Shown piece after piece: positions 30,328-42,151 of a DNA stretch of 64,000 bases (position 1 is its first letter; the number at the start of each line of letters is the position of its first letter). The stretch is taken from NCBI GenBank assembly GCA_965205505.1, contig CBDBHB010000009.1, positions 1,280,001-1,344,000 of the forward strand. The letters are read 5' to 3'. A model generated the notes under the pieces. That model saw only the letters and a program-made list of their open reading frames with translations, ran no database searches and had not been told where the DNA came from. Origin of the DNA: Acidobacteriota bacterium (lineage in GTDB: Bacteria > Acidobacteriota > UBA890 > WLXD01). A program made the position numbers and the translations under genes.

Positions 30328-32685
30328 TCAGGCGCTCGCTTGCGCGTTGCGAATGGCGCGCCACACTTTCTCGGGTGTGGCGGGCATATCGATGTGCTCG
30401 ATTCCCAGGTGGGCGACAGCGTCGACCACGGCGTTGATCACCGCCGGTGGTACGCCGATGGAGCCCACTTCACCGACGCCTTTGACCCCCAGCGGATTGT
30501 GGGCACACAGCGTAGTGTTGTGGCCGGTCTTGTAGAGCGGCAGGTCGGCAGCGCGCGGCATCGTGTAGTTCATGTAAGAGCCGGTCACCAGCTGACCGTC
30601 GTCGTCGTAACGGCATTCCTCCAGTAGCGCTTGTCCGATCCCCTGCGCCAGGCCGCCGTGGATCTGCCCGTCGACGATCATCGGGTTGATCACCCTGCCC
30701 ACGTCGTCGACGCAGGATACGTCCACGAGCGCGACCACTCCGGTATCCGGATCGATCTCCACCTCGACCACGTGGGCGCCGGCCGGATAGGTGAAGTTCT
30801 TCGGATCGTAGAAGGCCGTTTCGTCCAGACCGGGCTCGAGCTCCTCGGGGTAGTTGTGCGGCACGTATGCCATCAGCGAAACGTCAGCGAGCCCCTTCGA
30901 CTTGTCGGTGCCGGCGACGGTGAACTGCCCGTTGGCGAACTCCACATCGCCCTCGGAAGCCTCCATGAGGTGAGCGGCGATCTTCTTGCCCTTCGCGATG
31001 ATCTTGTCGATCGCCATCTGGATCGCGGATCCGCCTACCGCCAGCGAGCGTGACCCGTAGGTGCCCATGCCGAAGGCTACCTGGCCGGTATCGCCATGCA
31101 CGACCTCGACTTGATCTATAGGCACCCCGAGACCCTCGCAGACGAGCTGCGCGAACACTGTCTCGTGTCCCTGGCCATGGCTGTGGGAACCGGTAAAGAC
31201 CGTCACGCTGCCGGTGGGGTGCACCCTCACCTGGCCAACCTCGTACAGGCCCGCACGGGCTCCGAGCGCTCCGGCGAGCGCCGACGGCGCCAGCCCGCAG
31301 GCCTCCACGAACGTCGACAGACCGATCCCTCGCAGCTTGCCCCGGTCGCGTGCCTCCTGACGCCGTTGCTCGAAGCCGTTGTAGTCGGCCAGCTCGAGTG
31401 CCGCTTGCAGGGTGGCGTGGTAGTCGCCGGAGTCGTACTCCAGCGCCACCGGTGTGGCGTACGGGAACTCCGTGATGAAGTTCTTGGTGCGGATCTCCAC
31501 CGGGCTCATGCCCAGCTTGCGCGCCGCGAGATCGGCCAGACGTTCCACCACGAACGCGGCTTCGGGGCGTCCGGCGCCGCGGTAGGCGTCGACCGGTACG
31601 GTGTTGGTGAACGTTCCCTTGACGTTCACATAGATCGCCGGGGTGCGGTAGCAGCCGGCGAACAACGTTCCGTACAGCCAGGTCGGCACCGACGGACCGA
31701 AGGTCGACAGGTAGGCGCCGAGGTTGGCGTGCGTGTGCACCCGAATGCCGAGGAACATGCCATCGGCGTCGACCGCCAGCTCGGCCTTGGTGAGGTGATC
31801 GCGGCCCTGAGCATCGGAGATGAACGACTCTGAACGCTCGGCGGTCCACTTTACCGGCCGGCCGATCTTCTGGGCGGCGACGGTAACCATGACCTCCTCG
31901 GCGTAGTGGAAGATCTTCGAGCCGAAGCCACCGCCCACGTCGGGCGAGATCACCCGCAGCTTGTTCTCCGGAATCTGCAGTACGAAGGCGCCCATGAGCA
32001 ACCGGATCACGTGCGGGTTCTGGCTGGTGGTATAGAGCGTCCGCTCGTCCTTGTCGGGGTCGTAAACACCGCTCGCCGCTCGCGGCTCGATGGCATTGGC
32101 CACCAAGCGGTTGTTGACGACGTCGATGCTGACGATATGCTCGGCGCTCTCGAACGCCGCGTCGGTCGCCGCCGCGTCGCCCAGTTCCCAGTCGAAGCAA
32201 ATGTTGTCGGGTGCATCGTCCCACACTGCCGCGGCACCGTCGGCAATCGCCTGGTTGAGGTGGGCAGCCGCCGGCAATGGCTCGTAATCGACCTCAACCA
32301 GCGCTGCCGCAGCTTTCGCCTGCGCCTTGGTCTCGGCGATCACCATCGCCACCGGATCGCCGACGTGACGCACGCGGTCGGTGGCCAGCACCGGGTGCGG
32401 TGGCTCGACCATCGGCGAACCGTCCTTGCTGTGGATCTGCCAACCGCACGGTAGGCCGCCGACGCCCTCCAGGTCGGCGCCGGTAATGATCGCCACCACG
32501 CCTGCCGCGCTGGCGGTAGCGCTCGTGTCGATACCGCCGATCGCGGCGTGTGCGTGCGGCGATCGGACGATCACGGCGTGGGTCTGATCCGGAAGATTGA
32601 TGTCGTCGGTGTAGCGTCCGCGTCCCGTCAGGAAGCGGGCGTCTTCCTTGCGGCGTACCGCTGCGCCTATGCCTTGCTCAACCAT
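30328..32685 (-). CDS. coxL: Form II CoxL-like molybdoprotein large subunit
   Basis: [15 protein letters not shown], active-site loop AYRGAGR (form II), GQGHET, KGVGE. Confidence 0.9.
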   Translation of the reverse strand: MVEQGIGAAVRRKEDARFLTGRGRYTDDINLPDQTHAVIVRSPHAHAAIGGIDTSATASAAGVVAIITGADLEGVGGLPCGWQIHSKDGSPMVEPPHPVLATDRVRHVGDPVAMVIAETKAQAKAAAALVEVDYEPLPAAAHLNQAIADGAAAVWDDAPDNICFDWELGDAAATDAAFESAEHIVSIDVVNNRLVANAIEPRAASGVYDPDKDERTLYTTSQNPHVIRLLMGAFVLQIPENKLRVISPDVGGGFGSKIFHYAEEVMVTVAAQKIGRPVKWTAERSESFISDAQGRDHLTKAELAVDADGMFLGIRVHTHANLGAYLSTFGPSVPTWLYGTLFAGCYRTPAIYVNVKGTFTNTVPVDAYRGAGRPEAAFVVERLADLAARKLGMSPVEIRTKNFITEFPYATPVALEYDSGDYHATLQAALELADYNGFEQRRQEARDRGKLRGIGLSTFVEACGLAPSALAGALGARAGLYEVGQVRVHPTGSVTVFTGSHSHGQGHETVFAQLVCEGLGVPIDQVEVVHGDTGQVAFGMGTYGSRSLAVGGSAIQMAIDKIIAKGKKIAAHLMEASEGDVEFANGQFTVAGTDKSKGLADVSLMAYVPHNYPEELEPGLDETAFYDPKNFTYPAGAHVVEVEIDPDTGVVALVDVSCVDDVGRVINPMIVDGQIHGGLAQGIGQALLEECRYDDDGQLVTGSYMNYTMPRAADLPLYKTGHNTTLCAHNPLGVKGVGEVGSIGVPPAVINAVVDAVAHLGIEHIDMPATPEKVWRAIRNAQASA

Positions 32686-32690
32686 CGCGC

Positions 32691-33161
32691 TCACTCCCGC
32701 GCCGCCGTCGCGGCGGCCTGAATCGCCTCGACGATGTTGTGGTAGCCGGTGCAGCGGCAAAGGTTGCCCTCGAGCCACTCGCGCACATCGGCCTCGTCAG
32801 GGTCGGGATTACGGCCCACCAGATCGACAGCGCTCATCACCATGCCCGGTGTGCAGAACCCGCACTGCAGCCCGTGGTGCTCGCGGAAGGCCGCCTGCAT
32901 CGGGTGCAGCTCGCCGTTCGTTTCGAGACCCTCGATGGTGGTGACCTCCTGGCCGTTTGCCTCGAGCGCCAGGCACGTACAGCTCTTGATCGACTGGCCG
33001 TCGAGCAGCACGCAGCAGGCGCCACACTGGCTGGTATCGCACCCCACATGGGTTCCGGTGAGACCGAGCGATTCGCGGATGAACTCCACCAGTAACGTCG
33101 GCGCCGCGACTTCGCCGCTCACCGACCTACCGTTAACTGTCATCGAAACGGTGGGCATCAT
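32691..33161 (-). CDS. coxS: CoxS-like 2Fe-2S subunit
   Basis: [26 protein letters not shown]. Confidence 0.92.
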   Translation of the reverse strand: MMPTVSMTVNGRSVSGEVAAPTLLVEFIRESLGLTGTHVGCDTSQCGACCVLLDGQSIKSCTCLALEANGQEVTTIEGLETNGELHPMQAAFREHHGLQCGFCTPGMVMSAVDLVGRNPDPDEADVREWLEGNLCRCTGYHNIVEAIQAAATAARE

Positions 33162-33346
33162 GCCTCCGGCATCTCTGTCATCGTGTCGCGGCCGAACCGC
33201 CGCACCTGGCTCGCTTGAGGAACGGCAAGTCTGCGCGGCGCCCCACGGAATCGTCAAGGGGCTCCCGTGCCCGGTCTGTTTACCACAAGAGGCGGCCGGT
33301 GGTGGCGGGGCTGCGGTTGCGCGGTCGCGATGGTTGCTACGGCGAC

Positions 33347-35260
33347 TCAGCAGGATACGCAGTTATCGTTGTTCTTGGAGCCCAAGCGCTCCAGCAGCGC
33401 CACCGTCTCGGAAAACGCCTGGGTACGTTGCTGAGGGCCGTTGGCCATGTCCGCGGTAGTCTGCCCGGCCCGGTTGACGACCGTGACATCGGCTCCGCGC
33501 TCCACCAAGAAGAGGATCATCTCGTTGTCCCCTCGGGCTGCAGCGTTGTGCAAAGGCGAAAAGCCCTCGTGATCGCGAGCGTTCACATCGGCGCCGAGCT
33601 CGCCGACCAGATACCGCATCGCCGGCATCCAACCGTCGGGCACATGACGGTGCGAGTTGCCGGCGAAGCCGGTGCCGTAGCCGTGCCCCGAGGTTGCATG
33701 GATCGGCCAGACCGCGGGTCCGCCAACCGCGACCAGCGCTAGTCCGGAGGGGTCCTCGGTCGGCTCTTCTTCCTCGTCGGGCGCGTTGAACCGCCGCTTC
33801 GGCGCCTTGCGCGTCGGAGTGTCCGGCTCGGCGCCATATTCCACTAGCAGCCGCATCACCTCGACATCGAGAGCGTGAGCGGCGCGCCAGAACGGCGTCG
33901 CGCCACGGGTGTCGATCTCCAGGTGGGTGAACGTGTACTCCATGTACCAGAGGTGCTTGGTGAGCCTGACGTTGGGGTCGGCGCCGGCGGCCAGCAGCAC
34001 GCTCATGAGCTCGAGGTAGGTGGTTTGCTGCTGTAGATACGCCTGCTGCTGCGGGTAGCGTGCCTTGGGAGCCCACTGCGCGTTGATCGCAGTGAACAGC
34101 GGCGTTGCGCCGGCGTCGCTGGCGATGTTCGGGTCCGCGCCAAGCTCCAGGAGCGTCATCGCCAGATCGAAGTGCCCGTTGATCGTCGCCATCAGCAACG
34201 GCGTCGTGTGGTCGCCGGCGCTCGGCTGGTCGATGTCGGCGCCGGCGTCGATCAACGCCAGCGCGGTGTCGGCATGACCTTCTCGAACAGAGTGCAACAG
34301 GGCCGTCAGTCCGCCGTGGGCCCCGACCAGGTTCGGGTACGAAGCGTTGTAGGCGTCCGCCGATGCCGGCTCATCCGGGTCGGCCGGTTGGGCCGCCGTT
34401 GCCGCGAGCGTTTCCGAGCCTTGATCGGGTACGGTGCCTTGCGCGGGTGGAGCGCCGAGTGTTCCCAGATCCTGGTCGATCGGGAACTCGAAATCGTCGA
34501 GCTTGTCGGGGATGTTCGCGCCGGCTCCAGCGGGTGGGTCGTTGGCGGCGCGCACCGCTGCCTGCACCTGAGCCGGCATCGGCTGCCAGGAGGTACCTTC
34601 GGGCTCGTCGCCGCGGAACGACGCCAGGACCTGCTCCCGCACCTTGCCGCCGACCCTCCGCTCGGCCGCCAACGCGGGCAGGTCGGCGACCTGCGTGGTG
34701 ATGGTCATGTCGGCGCCGGCGGCAATCAGCTTCTTCGTCACGTCGAGCCGGCCGCGGGAGGTGGCGAACATGAGCGGTGTCTGCCCCCAGCGCTCCTCGA
34801 GAGCGTCGATTCGAGCGCCGTGTCCGAGCAAGGCGTCGACCGCCGCCACGCTGCCAGAGCTGGCCGCCAAGTGAAGCGGCGTGGCTCCTCCGCTCGTCGT
34901 CTTCGCCTGCGGGCTCGCGCCGGCACCGAGCAGCACCTCGACGACTCGAGCGCGGCCACCTCCGGCCGCCATAAGCAGCGGGGTATACCCACCGAGTCGG
35001 GTTGCCGCGGCGAGATTGGCGCCGGCGTAGATGAGGATTCGAGCTAGCTCCTCGTTGCCGCTCCTCGCCGCCCAGTGCAAGGCCGTCATGCCGTCGCCCT
35101 GTGCTGCATTGACGTCGACACCCCGTTTCAGCAGCATCCGCACCAGGTCAATGTCGCCACCCATGGCGGCGTCGGCGACGGGTGCGTCGAGTGACGCCAA
35201 TCCGAGCGTCAGCACGGTGCCCAGCAGTGCTGCCGCGGTCGTTAGTGACCGGGTCCTCAT
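33347..35260 (-). CDS. Secreted ankyrin-repeat protein with C-terminal CxxC
   Basis: [23 protein letters not shown] repeats; signal peptide; ends in NCVSC. Confidence 0.85.
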   Translation of the reverse strand: MRTRSLTTAAALLGTVLTLGLASLDAPVADAAMGGDIDLVRMLLKRGVDVNAAQGDGMTALHWAARSGNEELARILIYAGANLAAATRLGGYTPLLMAAGGGRARVVEVLLGAGASPQAKTTSGGATPLHLAASSGSVAAVDALLGHGARIDALEERWGQTPLMFATSRGRLDVTKKLIAAGADMTITTQVADLPALAAERRVGGKVREQVLASFRGDEPEGTSWQPMPAQVQAAVRAANDPPAGAGANIPDKLDDFEFPIDQDLGTLGAPPAQGTVPDQGSETLAATAAQPADPDEPASADAYNASYPNLVGAHGGLTALLHSVREGHADTALALIDAGADIDQPSAGDHTTPLLMATINGHFDLAMTLLELGADPNIASDAGATPLFTAINAQWAPKARYPQQQAYLQQQTTYLELMSVLLAAGADPNVRLTKHLWYMEYTFTHLEIDTRGATPFWRAAHALDVEVMRLLVEYGAEPDTPTRKAPKRRFNAPDEEEEPTEDPSGLALVAVGGPAVWPIHATSGHGYGTGFAGNSHRHVPDGWMPAMRYLVGELGADVNARDHEGFSPLHNAAARGDNEMILFLVERGADVTVVNRAGQTTADMANGPQQRTQAFSETVALLERLGSKNNDNCVSC

Positions 35261-35283
35261 TGCTCTCAACCTGTGGCTCCCGT

Positions 35284-36696
35284 TCAGCCTGTCGACGGGG
35301 TTGCGGCTTGCATCGACAAAGACAACTCGCCAGTGCTGTCGCCGAAGCTGTCGAGATCCTCATGCCCGAGCGTGCGCAAGAGGGTCAGCATGGCGTTCGC
35401 CATCGGTGTGCCGTCGGTGGCCTCTACGTGCAGGTTTCCGTCCAGCTTGCCGTTGGCGCCTCCGAGGACGATCAGCGGCGCGCGCCGGTGATTGTGAATG
35501 TTGCCGTCCGCCATCGGCGATCCGTAGACGATCATCGTCTTGTCGAGCAAGTTGGCGTCGCCTTCCTCGATGCTGGCCAGCTTTTGGAGGAAGTACGGCA
35601 ACATCCCCACGTGGTACTTGTTGATCCGATAGAAGTCGCGGATCGCCTCCTCTTTGCCACCATGGTGCGATGCGGGGTGGAAGGGCTTGTCGGTGCCGCT
35701 CTCCGGGAACACTCGGGCCGAGGAGTCGCGTCCCATCTTGAGCGAGAAGACGCGGGTGGTGTCGGAGGCGAAGGCCAGCGCCTGTAGATCGAACATCAGC
35801 TTGACGTGCTCTTCGAACGAGTCGGGCACGCCGGCCGGCGCCTCGGGAAGCTGCCGCTCGGCGCCGCTGGTGTTGCGCACCTCGGTGCGCTCGATACGAC
35901 GCTCGATCTCGCGGACGTTTTCCAGGTATCGGTCAAGCCGGTGGCGATCGTTCGGTCCCAGGTCGCGCCGCAGCTCGGCCACCCGATCCGAGACCCAGTC
36001 GAGGATGCTGCGACTGGCGCGTCGTCGTGAGGCGCGATCCTCGGGCGTGCCGCCGACGCCGAACAGCAGCTCGAACGCCACCCGCGGATCGCGGATCACC
36101 GGCAGCGGCTCGGTTGGCGACGCCCAGCTGATCGAGTCGGTGTAAACGCACGTGTAACCGTACGCACATCCACCCGATTGGTTGATGTTCTCGATGCATA
36201 GCTGCATCGACGGGATCGGCGTGTCCTGGCCGAACCGTTGAGCGTAGATTTGGTCCAAGGATGGGCCTACGAAAACGTCGGACCCCTCGGTTTGCTTGGG
36301 GTGCGATTGGGTGAGGAACACGGCGCTCGAGCGGAAGTGATCGCCGCCGATCTCGTGCGGCTGGAAGGCCTCGGCCATGCGCACGTCGGTGTTGCTGATG
36401 ATCGTCAGGTATTTGCGCCACGGGTCGAGGGATAGCAGCGCGCTGCGGCTGAGGTCGAAGTCGCGACCTACCGCCGCCGGCGACCAGAAGTTCTGCGTTG
36501 CGCCCCATTGGTTGCAGCCGGCAGCACCGTGCACCATCTCGATCGCCACCAGGCGCGTCTTCTCCGATTGGCGCGTCGCCGCTGCCGCCAGGCGGCCTGC
36601 CGGCACCATCGCGTCGAGGAACGGTAGCGCCAGCGACGCGCCCGCGCCGCGAAGGAATGTCCGGCGTCGAAGGTGTTTCCCGGTGATGAGCTTCAT
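35284..36696 (-). CDS. DUF1552 family protein (Tat-like signal)
   Basis: RRRTFLRGAG..LPFLDAM, SISW..P.PLP, FELLFG, HPASHH, YGSPMADGN.H. Confidence 0.85.
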   Translation of the reverse strand: MKLITGKHLRRRTFLRGAGASLALPFLDAMVPAGRLAAAATRQSEKTRLVAIEMVHGAAGCNQWGATQNFWSPAAVGRDFDLSRSALLSLDPWRKYLTIISNTDVRMAEAFQPHEIGGDHFRSSAVFLTQSHPKQTEGSDVFVGPSLDQIYAQRFGQDTPIPSMQLCIENINQSGGCAYGYTCVYTDSISWASPTEPLPVIRDPRVAFELLFGVGGTPEDRASRRRASRSILDWVSDRVAELRRDLGPNDRHRLDRYLENVREIERRIERTEVRNTSGAERQLPEAPAGVPDSFEEHVKLMFDLQALAFASDTTRVFSLKMGRDSSARVFPESGTDKPFHPASHHGGKEEAIRDFYRINKYHVGMLPYFLQKLASIEEGDANLLDKTMIVYGSPMADGNIHNHRRAPLIVLGGANGKLDGNLHVEATDGTPMANAMLTLLRTLGHEDLDSFGDSTGELSLSMQAATPSTG

Positions 36697-36738
36697 CTTC
36701 CAGTCCTCGGGTGCCGGAGTGCCTGGTGGCGTCAGTTC

Positions 36739-39198
36739 CTATTCGTCGGACAAGGCGTCGTCGGCGACGGCGCCGGCGCGCTGCATCTGGAAGGCGTCGC
36801 TGTTGACCACGCCCAAGATGAACGCCGAAATGCGGAAGCCTTCAGCCTCTGCTTGTCGAGCGATCCGCCGCACTGTTGGCTGATCGTAATACTCGACACG
36901 CCTTCCGAGGGCGTAGGCCATCAAATTTGCGGTGAAATTCCGCACCAACAGCACCGGTCGCCTCAGCAGCGCCGCCTGCAGCGAGGCCGGGCTGTCAACC
37001 GGCGTGCCGTCGTACATCTCGCCGCGAGTGTCGAGCGGCTCGCCATGCTCACGGATCCGCCAGCGGCCGGTCACGTCGTAGTTGTCAAGCGCTAGCCCGA
37101 TCGGGTCGATAAATCGGTGGCAGGAGCTACACGACGGGTTCGAGCGATGCTCCTCCATGCGCTCGCGAGTGGTCAGCGTGCGCCCGTTCACCACGCTTTC
37201 GGTCTCGTCGAGGTCGGGGATGCCGGGCGGCGGCGGCGGCGGCGGTGTGCCCAGCAACACCTCCATCACCCACTTCCCGCGCAGTACCGGTGAGGTTCGG
37301 CCAGCGTGTGATGTAAGCGTCAGAATGCTGCCGTGGCCGAGCAGGCCGCGCCGGGTGTCGTCGGGATAGGGAACCTGGCGGAAGTGTTCGCCGCTGACCC
37401 CGTCGATGCCGTAGTGCCGGGCGAGGCGCTCGTTCAGGTACGAGTAGTCCGCCTGGTACATGTCGAGAATACTACGGTCGTTCTGTACCAGGCCCGTGAA
37501 GAACAGCTCGGTCTCGCGGCGCATGGCATCGGCGAGCTGCTGATGGAAGTCGGGGTACAGCAACCGGTCCGGATGCACCTTGTCGAGGTCGTCGAGGCGC
37601 AACCATTGCGCCGCGAACCGCGTTCCGAGCGCTTCGGCGCGCGGGTCGGCCAGCAGCCTGTTTACCTGCGCCTCGAGCTCGGCCGTTTTCGAAAGCTCAT
37701 CGTTGGCAGCCAGGTTCAGCAGCTCCTCATCCGGCGGCAGCCCCCAGAGGAAGAACGACAGCCTGGTGGCCAGGTCCTCGTCGCGGAGGCGGTACACGGA
37801 GCCCGGCTCGATGCTCGGCGGCGCCTCCTCGAAGCGGAAGATGAAATCGGGGCTGGCGAGGATGGCCTCGAGGGCGGTGCGTACTCCCTGCTCGAATCCG
37901 CCCCGCTCGGCGCCCGCTTCATAAAACCGCATCAAGGCGTCGAGATCGTCAGGCGTCAGCGACCGTCGGAACGCCCTGGTGCCGAGCTTCGAGACGATCT
38001 CACCGGCGCACGGGCGTTCTTCGTCGCGCATTGTCGGTCGGCAGCTGAATAGCCTTTTCCGGATCGAGTTATCCGATACCCCCGTCACCCTGAAGGGTCC
38101 GGCAACCACCAGATCCTTCAGATGCGCTACCGAGGTGACGCCATAGCCGCTGACCCCGATCTGCCGATCGGTCAGCGACCACTCGTGCGGTGACAGTAGG
38201 TCCTCCATCGGACCTTCGCTCTGCATGATGAACGCCGCGGTCACTCGCCGGGGCCCGCCGCGGACGAAGATCGGCTCGGTGCGCATGTTGACGCCGTTGG
38301 GATCTGCCACGCTCATCCAACGGTCGACATCGAGCAACGCGACGCGCGCCCCGTCGATCGATACCTCGATCTGCTCACCCTTGGTGACGCCGCCGAAGTA
38401 ACCCCCTGTGGTGGTGTGCTCGAAGGCCATGCGGAACTCGTAGTCGCCGTCCGCAGGGAAGATATGGGTCACGCTGATGCCGCCGCGGGTGCCGAATGGT
38501 GCGCCCTCGACGCGGTCCCACTGCGACACGTAGCCGGGGTTTGTGTACGTCGACGAGGTTGCTGTGGTGTTCGGATCGCCCACCGCCAGCCGGCTGATCT
38601 CGGCGGCGGCGCTCAGGTAGGAGTTGAGCAGGGTAGGCGACAGCAACTGCACATCGGCGATGTTGTCGAAGTTGGCGCTCTTGGTATCGAGCGGCAGGTA
38701 GTCGGCTGCGTCGATCTCCAGCCCCAACAGGTCGCGAACGGATAGCGAATACTCCGCCTGGTTCAGACGCTGGAACGAGCGGCTGCCGGGGTTCGGGTCA
38801 GCGGCGCCGGCCGCGTCCAGATGTGACTCCAACGACTCCACCAGCGCGAGGAGCGACTCGCTCGGGGGGCGCCGTGCGTTCGGCGGCGGCATCATCCCGG
38901 CGCGTAGCTTGACGATCATCTTCTCGGCGAGCTCGGCGCTGACGTGCGGCGACGCCGCGTCGAAACGCTCCAGCGACATGTCGCCGCGCCGCAGCTCGTC
39001 GTTGTGGCAGCGCACACAGTACTGCTGGATCAACGCGTTGTCCGAGGCCGCGGCCCGCGTTTCGGGAGAACCGATGACCGGCAGCGCGGCCACCGCCACA
39101 CGCCGAGCTTCGACCGGCGTCTGCCGAATACCAATTGCATCGCCGGCATAGCCCAGGAACAAGCCCATTGCCGCCAACGCCCCGGTTAGCTTCTTCAT
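36739..39198 (-). CDS. DUF1587/1588/1592/1595 (PSD) c-type cytochrome protein
   Basis: CVRCH and CSSCH heme motifs, RLNQAEY, LSFFLW..PD, TSPVLRGKW, DPIGLAL. Confidence 0.85.
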   Translation of the reverse strand: MKKLTGALAAMGLFLGYAGDAIGIRQTPVEARRVAVAALPVIGSPETRAAASDNALIQQYCVRCHNDELRRGDMSLERFDAASPHVSAELAEKMIVKLRAGMMPPPNARRPPSESLLALVESLESHLDAAGAADPNPGSRSFQRLNQAEYSLSVRDLLGLEIDAADYLPLDTKSANFDNIADVQLLSPTLLNSYLSAAAEISRLAVGDPNTTATSSTYTNPGYVSQWDRVEGAPFGTRGGISVTHIFPADGDYEFRMAFEHTTTGGYFGGVTKGEQIEVSIDGARVALLDVDRWMSVADPNGVNMRTEPIFVRGGPRRVTAAFIMQSEGPMEDLLSPHEWSLTDRQIGVSGYGVTSVAHLKDLVVAGPFRVTGVSDNSIRKRLFSCRPTMRDEERPCAGEIVSKLGTRAFRRSLTPDDLDALMRFYEAGAERGGFEQGVRTALEAILASPDFIFRFEEAPPSIEPGSVYRLRDEDLATRLSFFLWGLPPDEELLNLAANDELSKTAELEAQVNRLLADPRAEALGTRFAAQWLRLDDLDKVHPDRLLYPDFHQQLADAMRRETELFFTGLVQNDRSILDMYQADYSYLNERLARHYGIDGVSGEHFRQVPYPDDTRRGLLGHGSILTLTSHAGRTSPVLRGKWVMEVLLGTPPPPPPPGIPDLDETESVVNGRTLTTRERMEEHRSNPSCSSCHRFIDPIGLALDNYDVTGRWRIREHGEPLDTRGEMYDGTPVDSPASLQAALLRRPVLLVRNFTANLMAYALGRRVEYYDQPTVRRIARQAEAEGFRISAFILGVVNSDAFQMQRAGAVADDALSDE

Positions 39199-39370
39199 TT
39201 GGCTCCGCTCCCGCCCCGCGAGCACCAAGTGCTGAACCGTTGTCGTTGCCGCGGCGCTCGGTCGATCGTCGAGCCCACTATTCCACAATCCTACGGCAGA
39301 TGCGCCTGATAGGCTCGGGTGCGATCAGAGACTCCTGACAGAGTTCTTCAGAACCCTGCTGAGAGAGGCC

Positions 39371-41779
39371 GTGCGCGATCTGAGGGAAGCCTTCCGCTCA
39401 CTGGTGTCGACGCCCATGCCGACGCTGGTGATTGTCGTCACGCTTGCCGTGGCCATCGGTGCGAATACCGCAATCTTCAGTGTCGTCAGCGGGGTGTTGC
39501 TGCGGCCCTTGGGCTATGCCGACGAAGATCGACTCGTCGTGGTGTGGGAAGAAAACCAGCAACAGGGGGTCGAGAAGTCGCAGGCCTCCATCGGCGACTA
39601 CCGCGACTGGAGGCGCCAGTCCGAGTCGTTCGACGGCCAGCTGGCTCTGTACCGGCAGCGCGGCTTCACCATGACCGGCCGCGACAGTCCGGCGCGGATT
39701 GGCAGCCTGCAGGTGTCGCCGCGGCTGTTCGACGTGTTGGGGGTGCCGCCGCTCATGGGGCGGACCTTGCTCGATACCGACGAGGTGCCGGGCAACGAGC
39801 ACCTGGCCGTGATCACGCATGCTTCGTGGAATAGCCGGTTCGGCGCGGCCATCGACATCGTTGGCACGCAGGTCGAGCTCGACAGCGAGTCGTACACCGT
39901 TGTCGGGGTGATGCCGCCAGGTTTCTCGTTTCCGCCCGGCGACGGTGGTGTGGAGATCTATTCGCCGCTCACCATCGGCGAGTCGAATCCCATGGACAGG
40001 CCGCATCGGATGTACGACGCCGTGGGCCGCCTGGCGCCCGACGTGACGCTCGGGAAAGCACAGCAGGAGCTCGACGCCGTCGCCGCGCGGATCGCGGCAG
40101 ACTTTCCGCGCTCGAACGAGGGTTGGGGAGTCTCGCTCGTACCGATCCGCGACGAGCTCATCGGCGATATCGGGGCGACGTTGTGGGTACTGCTCGCGGC
40201 GGTGTTCGCGGTATTGCTCATTGCCTGCGCCAACGTCGCGAACCTGCTGATCGCCCGGTCGACCGAGGTGTCGCTGGATTTCATGATCCGCGCAGCGCTG
40301 GGTGCCGGCCGCTGGGCGTTGATCAGGCGGTCGTTCGCCGATGCTGCGTTGCTGGCCGTGGCCGGTGGTGGTGCGGGCCTGCTGCTGGCGACGTGGGGCG
40401 TGGAAATGCTGAGCTCGGTGATCCCGCCTTCGATACCACGTGGCGACGCGATCGGTATCGACGCACCGGTCCTCGGCTTCGTGGTGGCGGCGTCGATGTT
40501 CGCAAGCGTCGCCTTCGGGCTGGTCCCGGCGCTGCGCGTGATGACGCCAAACCTTTCGGATGCGCTCAAGGGCGGCGGCGCCAGCGTGATGGCGGCTCGG
40601 TCGCGATGGCTCTCGGGCGCGATGGTGGTGGCGGAGGTGTCGCTGGCGATGGCGCTTCTGATCGGTGCGGGCTTGATGGTTCGAAGCTTCAATCGGCTCG
40701 GCGAGACCGATCCGGGATTCCGACGCGACGGTGTTGTCGCGTTCACCGTCCAGCTGCCGCCATCGCGCTACGACGCTTCCATGGATCGTCGAGCCTTCTT
40801 CGTTGAGCTGACGGACCGCGTCAGGGAGCTACCCGGCGTGATCGAGGTTGGGGCGGTGTCCGATCTGCCGATGAACGAGGTCGGAACCGCCTTCGAGATG
40901 CCGTTCACGATTCTCGGCCTCGACGTGGCGTCGCCTACCGAGCGACCGCGCGCCGATTTCCGTGGGGTGATTCCCGACTATGTCTCGGCGATGGGCATTC
41001 CGCTGGTCAGCGGGCGCCTGTTCGACCGCCTGGATGGCGAGGAAGGCCGTGAGGTAACGATGATCAACGATGCCCTCCTGGAGCGCTATTTTCCAGAGGG
41101 CGACGCCATCGGCAAGACTCTGCAAATGCCGATGGCGGGTGAGCTGGAGATCGTCGGCGTGGTTGGCAGCACCCGGCACGGTGGCTTGCAATCGGAGACC
41201 GGTCCGGAGCTCTACGTTCCATACGGCCAGCTTCCGGTCAGCGACATGCACCTGGCAGTACGGTCGGATCTCGAAACCGTCGTGTTGTCCCGCGCAGTGG
41301 GCGACGCCATCCTCGCCATCGACCCCGAGCTGGTTCCCACCGAAATCGCGCGGATTGACGATCTGCTATGGGAGTCGGTGGCTCAGCCGCGCTTCAACAC
41401 CGCGCTGCTGGTCGGCCTTGCCCTCTGCGCCGCCGTGCTTGCGGCGGTGGGCATTTACGGGGTGGTCAACTACACCGTGGCGCAGCGCACCGGCGAGATC
41501 GGCGTCCGCATGGCGATAGGTGCTGATGCGCGAGCCACGGCCTGGATGGTCATTCGACAGGCCATGGCCCTGGTAGTGGCGGGGTTGGTGCTCGGCGTTG
41601 GCGTGGCCTTGCTCATGTCACGGTTTCTCGCGGGAATGCTCTTCGGGGTAGCGCCGACCGACGTGGGCACCTACGTGTCGGTAACGCTGTTGATCATCGC
41701 CGTCGGCTTCGTGGCCTCGCTGGTGCCTGCTCGTCGTGCAACGCGCGTTGATCCCGTGGTGGCGCTGCGCAGCGACTGA
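39371..41779 (+). CDS. ABC transporter permease, ADOP/MacB-FtsX duplicated type
   Basis: GANTAIFSV, IACANVANLL, QR..EIGVRMAIGA, PARRA..DP..ALR. Confidence 0.9.
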   Translation: MRDLREAFRSLVSTPMPTLVIVVTLAVAIGANTAIFSVVSGVLLRPLGYADEDRLVVVWEENQQQGVEKSQASIGDYRDWRRQSESFDGQLALYRQRGFTMTGRDSPARIGSLQVSPRLFDVLGVPPLMGRTLLDTDEVPGNEHLAVITHASWNSRFGAAIDIVGTQVELDSESYTVVGVMPPGFSFPPGDGGVEIYSPLTIGESNPMDRPHRMYDAVGRLAPDVTLGKAQQELDAVAARIAADFPRSNEGWGVSLVPIRDELIGDIGATLWVLLAAVFAVLLIACANVANLLIARSTEVSLDFMIRAALGAGRWALIRRSFADAALLAVAGGGAGLLLATWGVEMLSSVIPPSIPRGDAIGIDAPVLGFVVAASMFASVAFGLVPALRVMTPNLSDALKGGGASVMAARSRWLSGAMVVAEVSLAMALLIGAGLMVRSFNRLGETDPGFRRDGVVAFTVQLPPSRYDASMDRRAFFVELTDRVRELPGVIEVGAVSDLPMNEVGTAFEMPFTILGLDVASPTERPRADFRGVIPDYVSAMGIPLVSGRLFDRLDGEEGREVTMINDALLERYFPEGDAIGKTLQMPMAGELEIVGVVGSTRHGGLQSETGPELYVPYGQLPVSDMHLAVRSDLETVVLSRAVGDAILAIDPELVPTEIARIDDLLWESVAQPRFNTALLVGLALCAAVLAAVGIYGVVNYTVAQRTGEIGVRMAIGADARATAWMVIRQAMALVVAGLVLGVGVALLMSRFLAGMLFGVAPTDVGTYVSVTLLIIAVGFVASLVPARRATRVDPVVALRSD

Positions 41780-41926
41780 ATGAAGGGGTGGTCGTCAGGG
41801 CAGAGGAGTTCGATGCGAGCGTTGCACCTCCTGGCGCGTGTTGGCCTCGCAAGAGAGAATGAGCACCGCTAGTGAAATGAGCCCCATTAGTGAGATAGCG
41901 CGTGGCCGGGGAACGCGGGAGCGATC

Positions 41927-42139
41927 GTGAGCGAGAAGGAAACCGTGAACAAGGAAGAAGTCGAGACCAAGGGTAAGACCGAGGGCATCAGCCGTCGCGA
42001 TTTCGCCAAGACATCGGTGACGGCCGGCGTCGCAGCGGTGGCGGCCCCGGGAACGTTGCGTGGCGAGGTTGCCAGCCGGATCATACCCGCCACTGGAAGG
42101 GCTCACCCGGCGGCGTGGTCGCACGGTCGCGCAGCGTGA
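41927..42139 (+). pseudogene. Orphan Tat-signal remnant
   Basis: ISRRDFAKTSVTAGVAAVAAP followed by a stop after about 25 codons. Confidence 0.45.
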
Positions 42140-42151
42140 CAAGGCAGGCTG

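Noticed and set aside
30328-32685. True aerobic (form I) CO dehydrogenase
   Set aside because: The loop is AYRGAGR rather than AYxCSFR, and the gene order is SLM.
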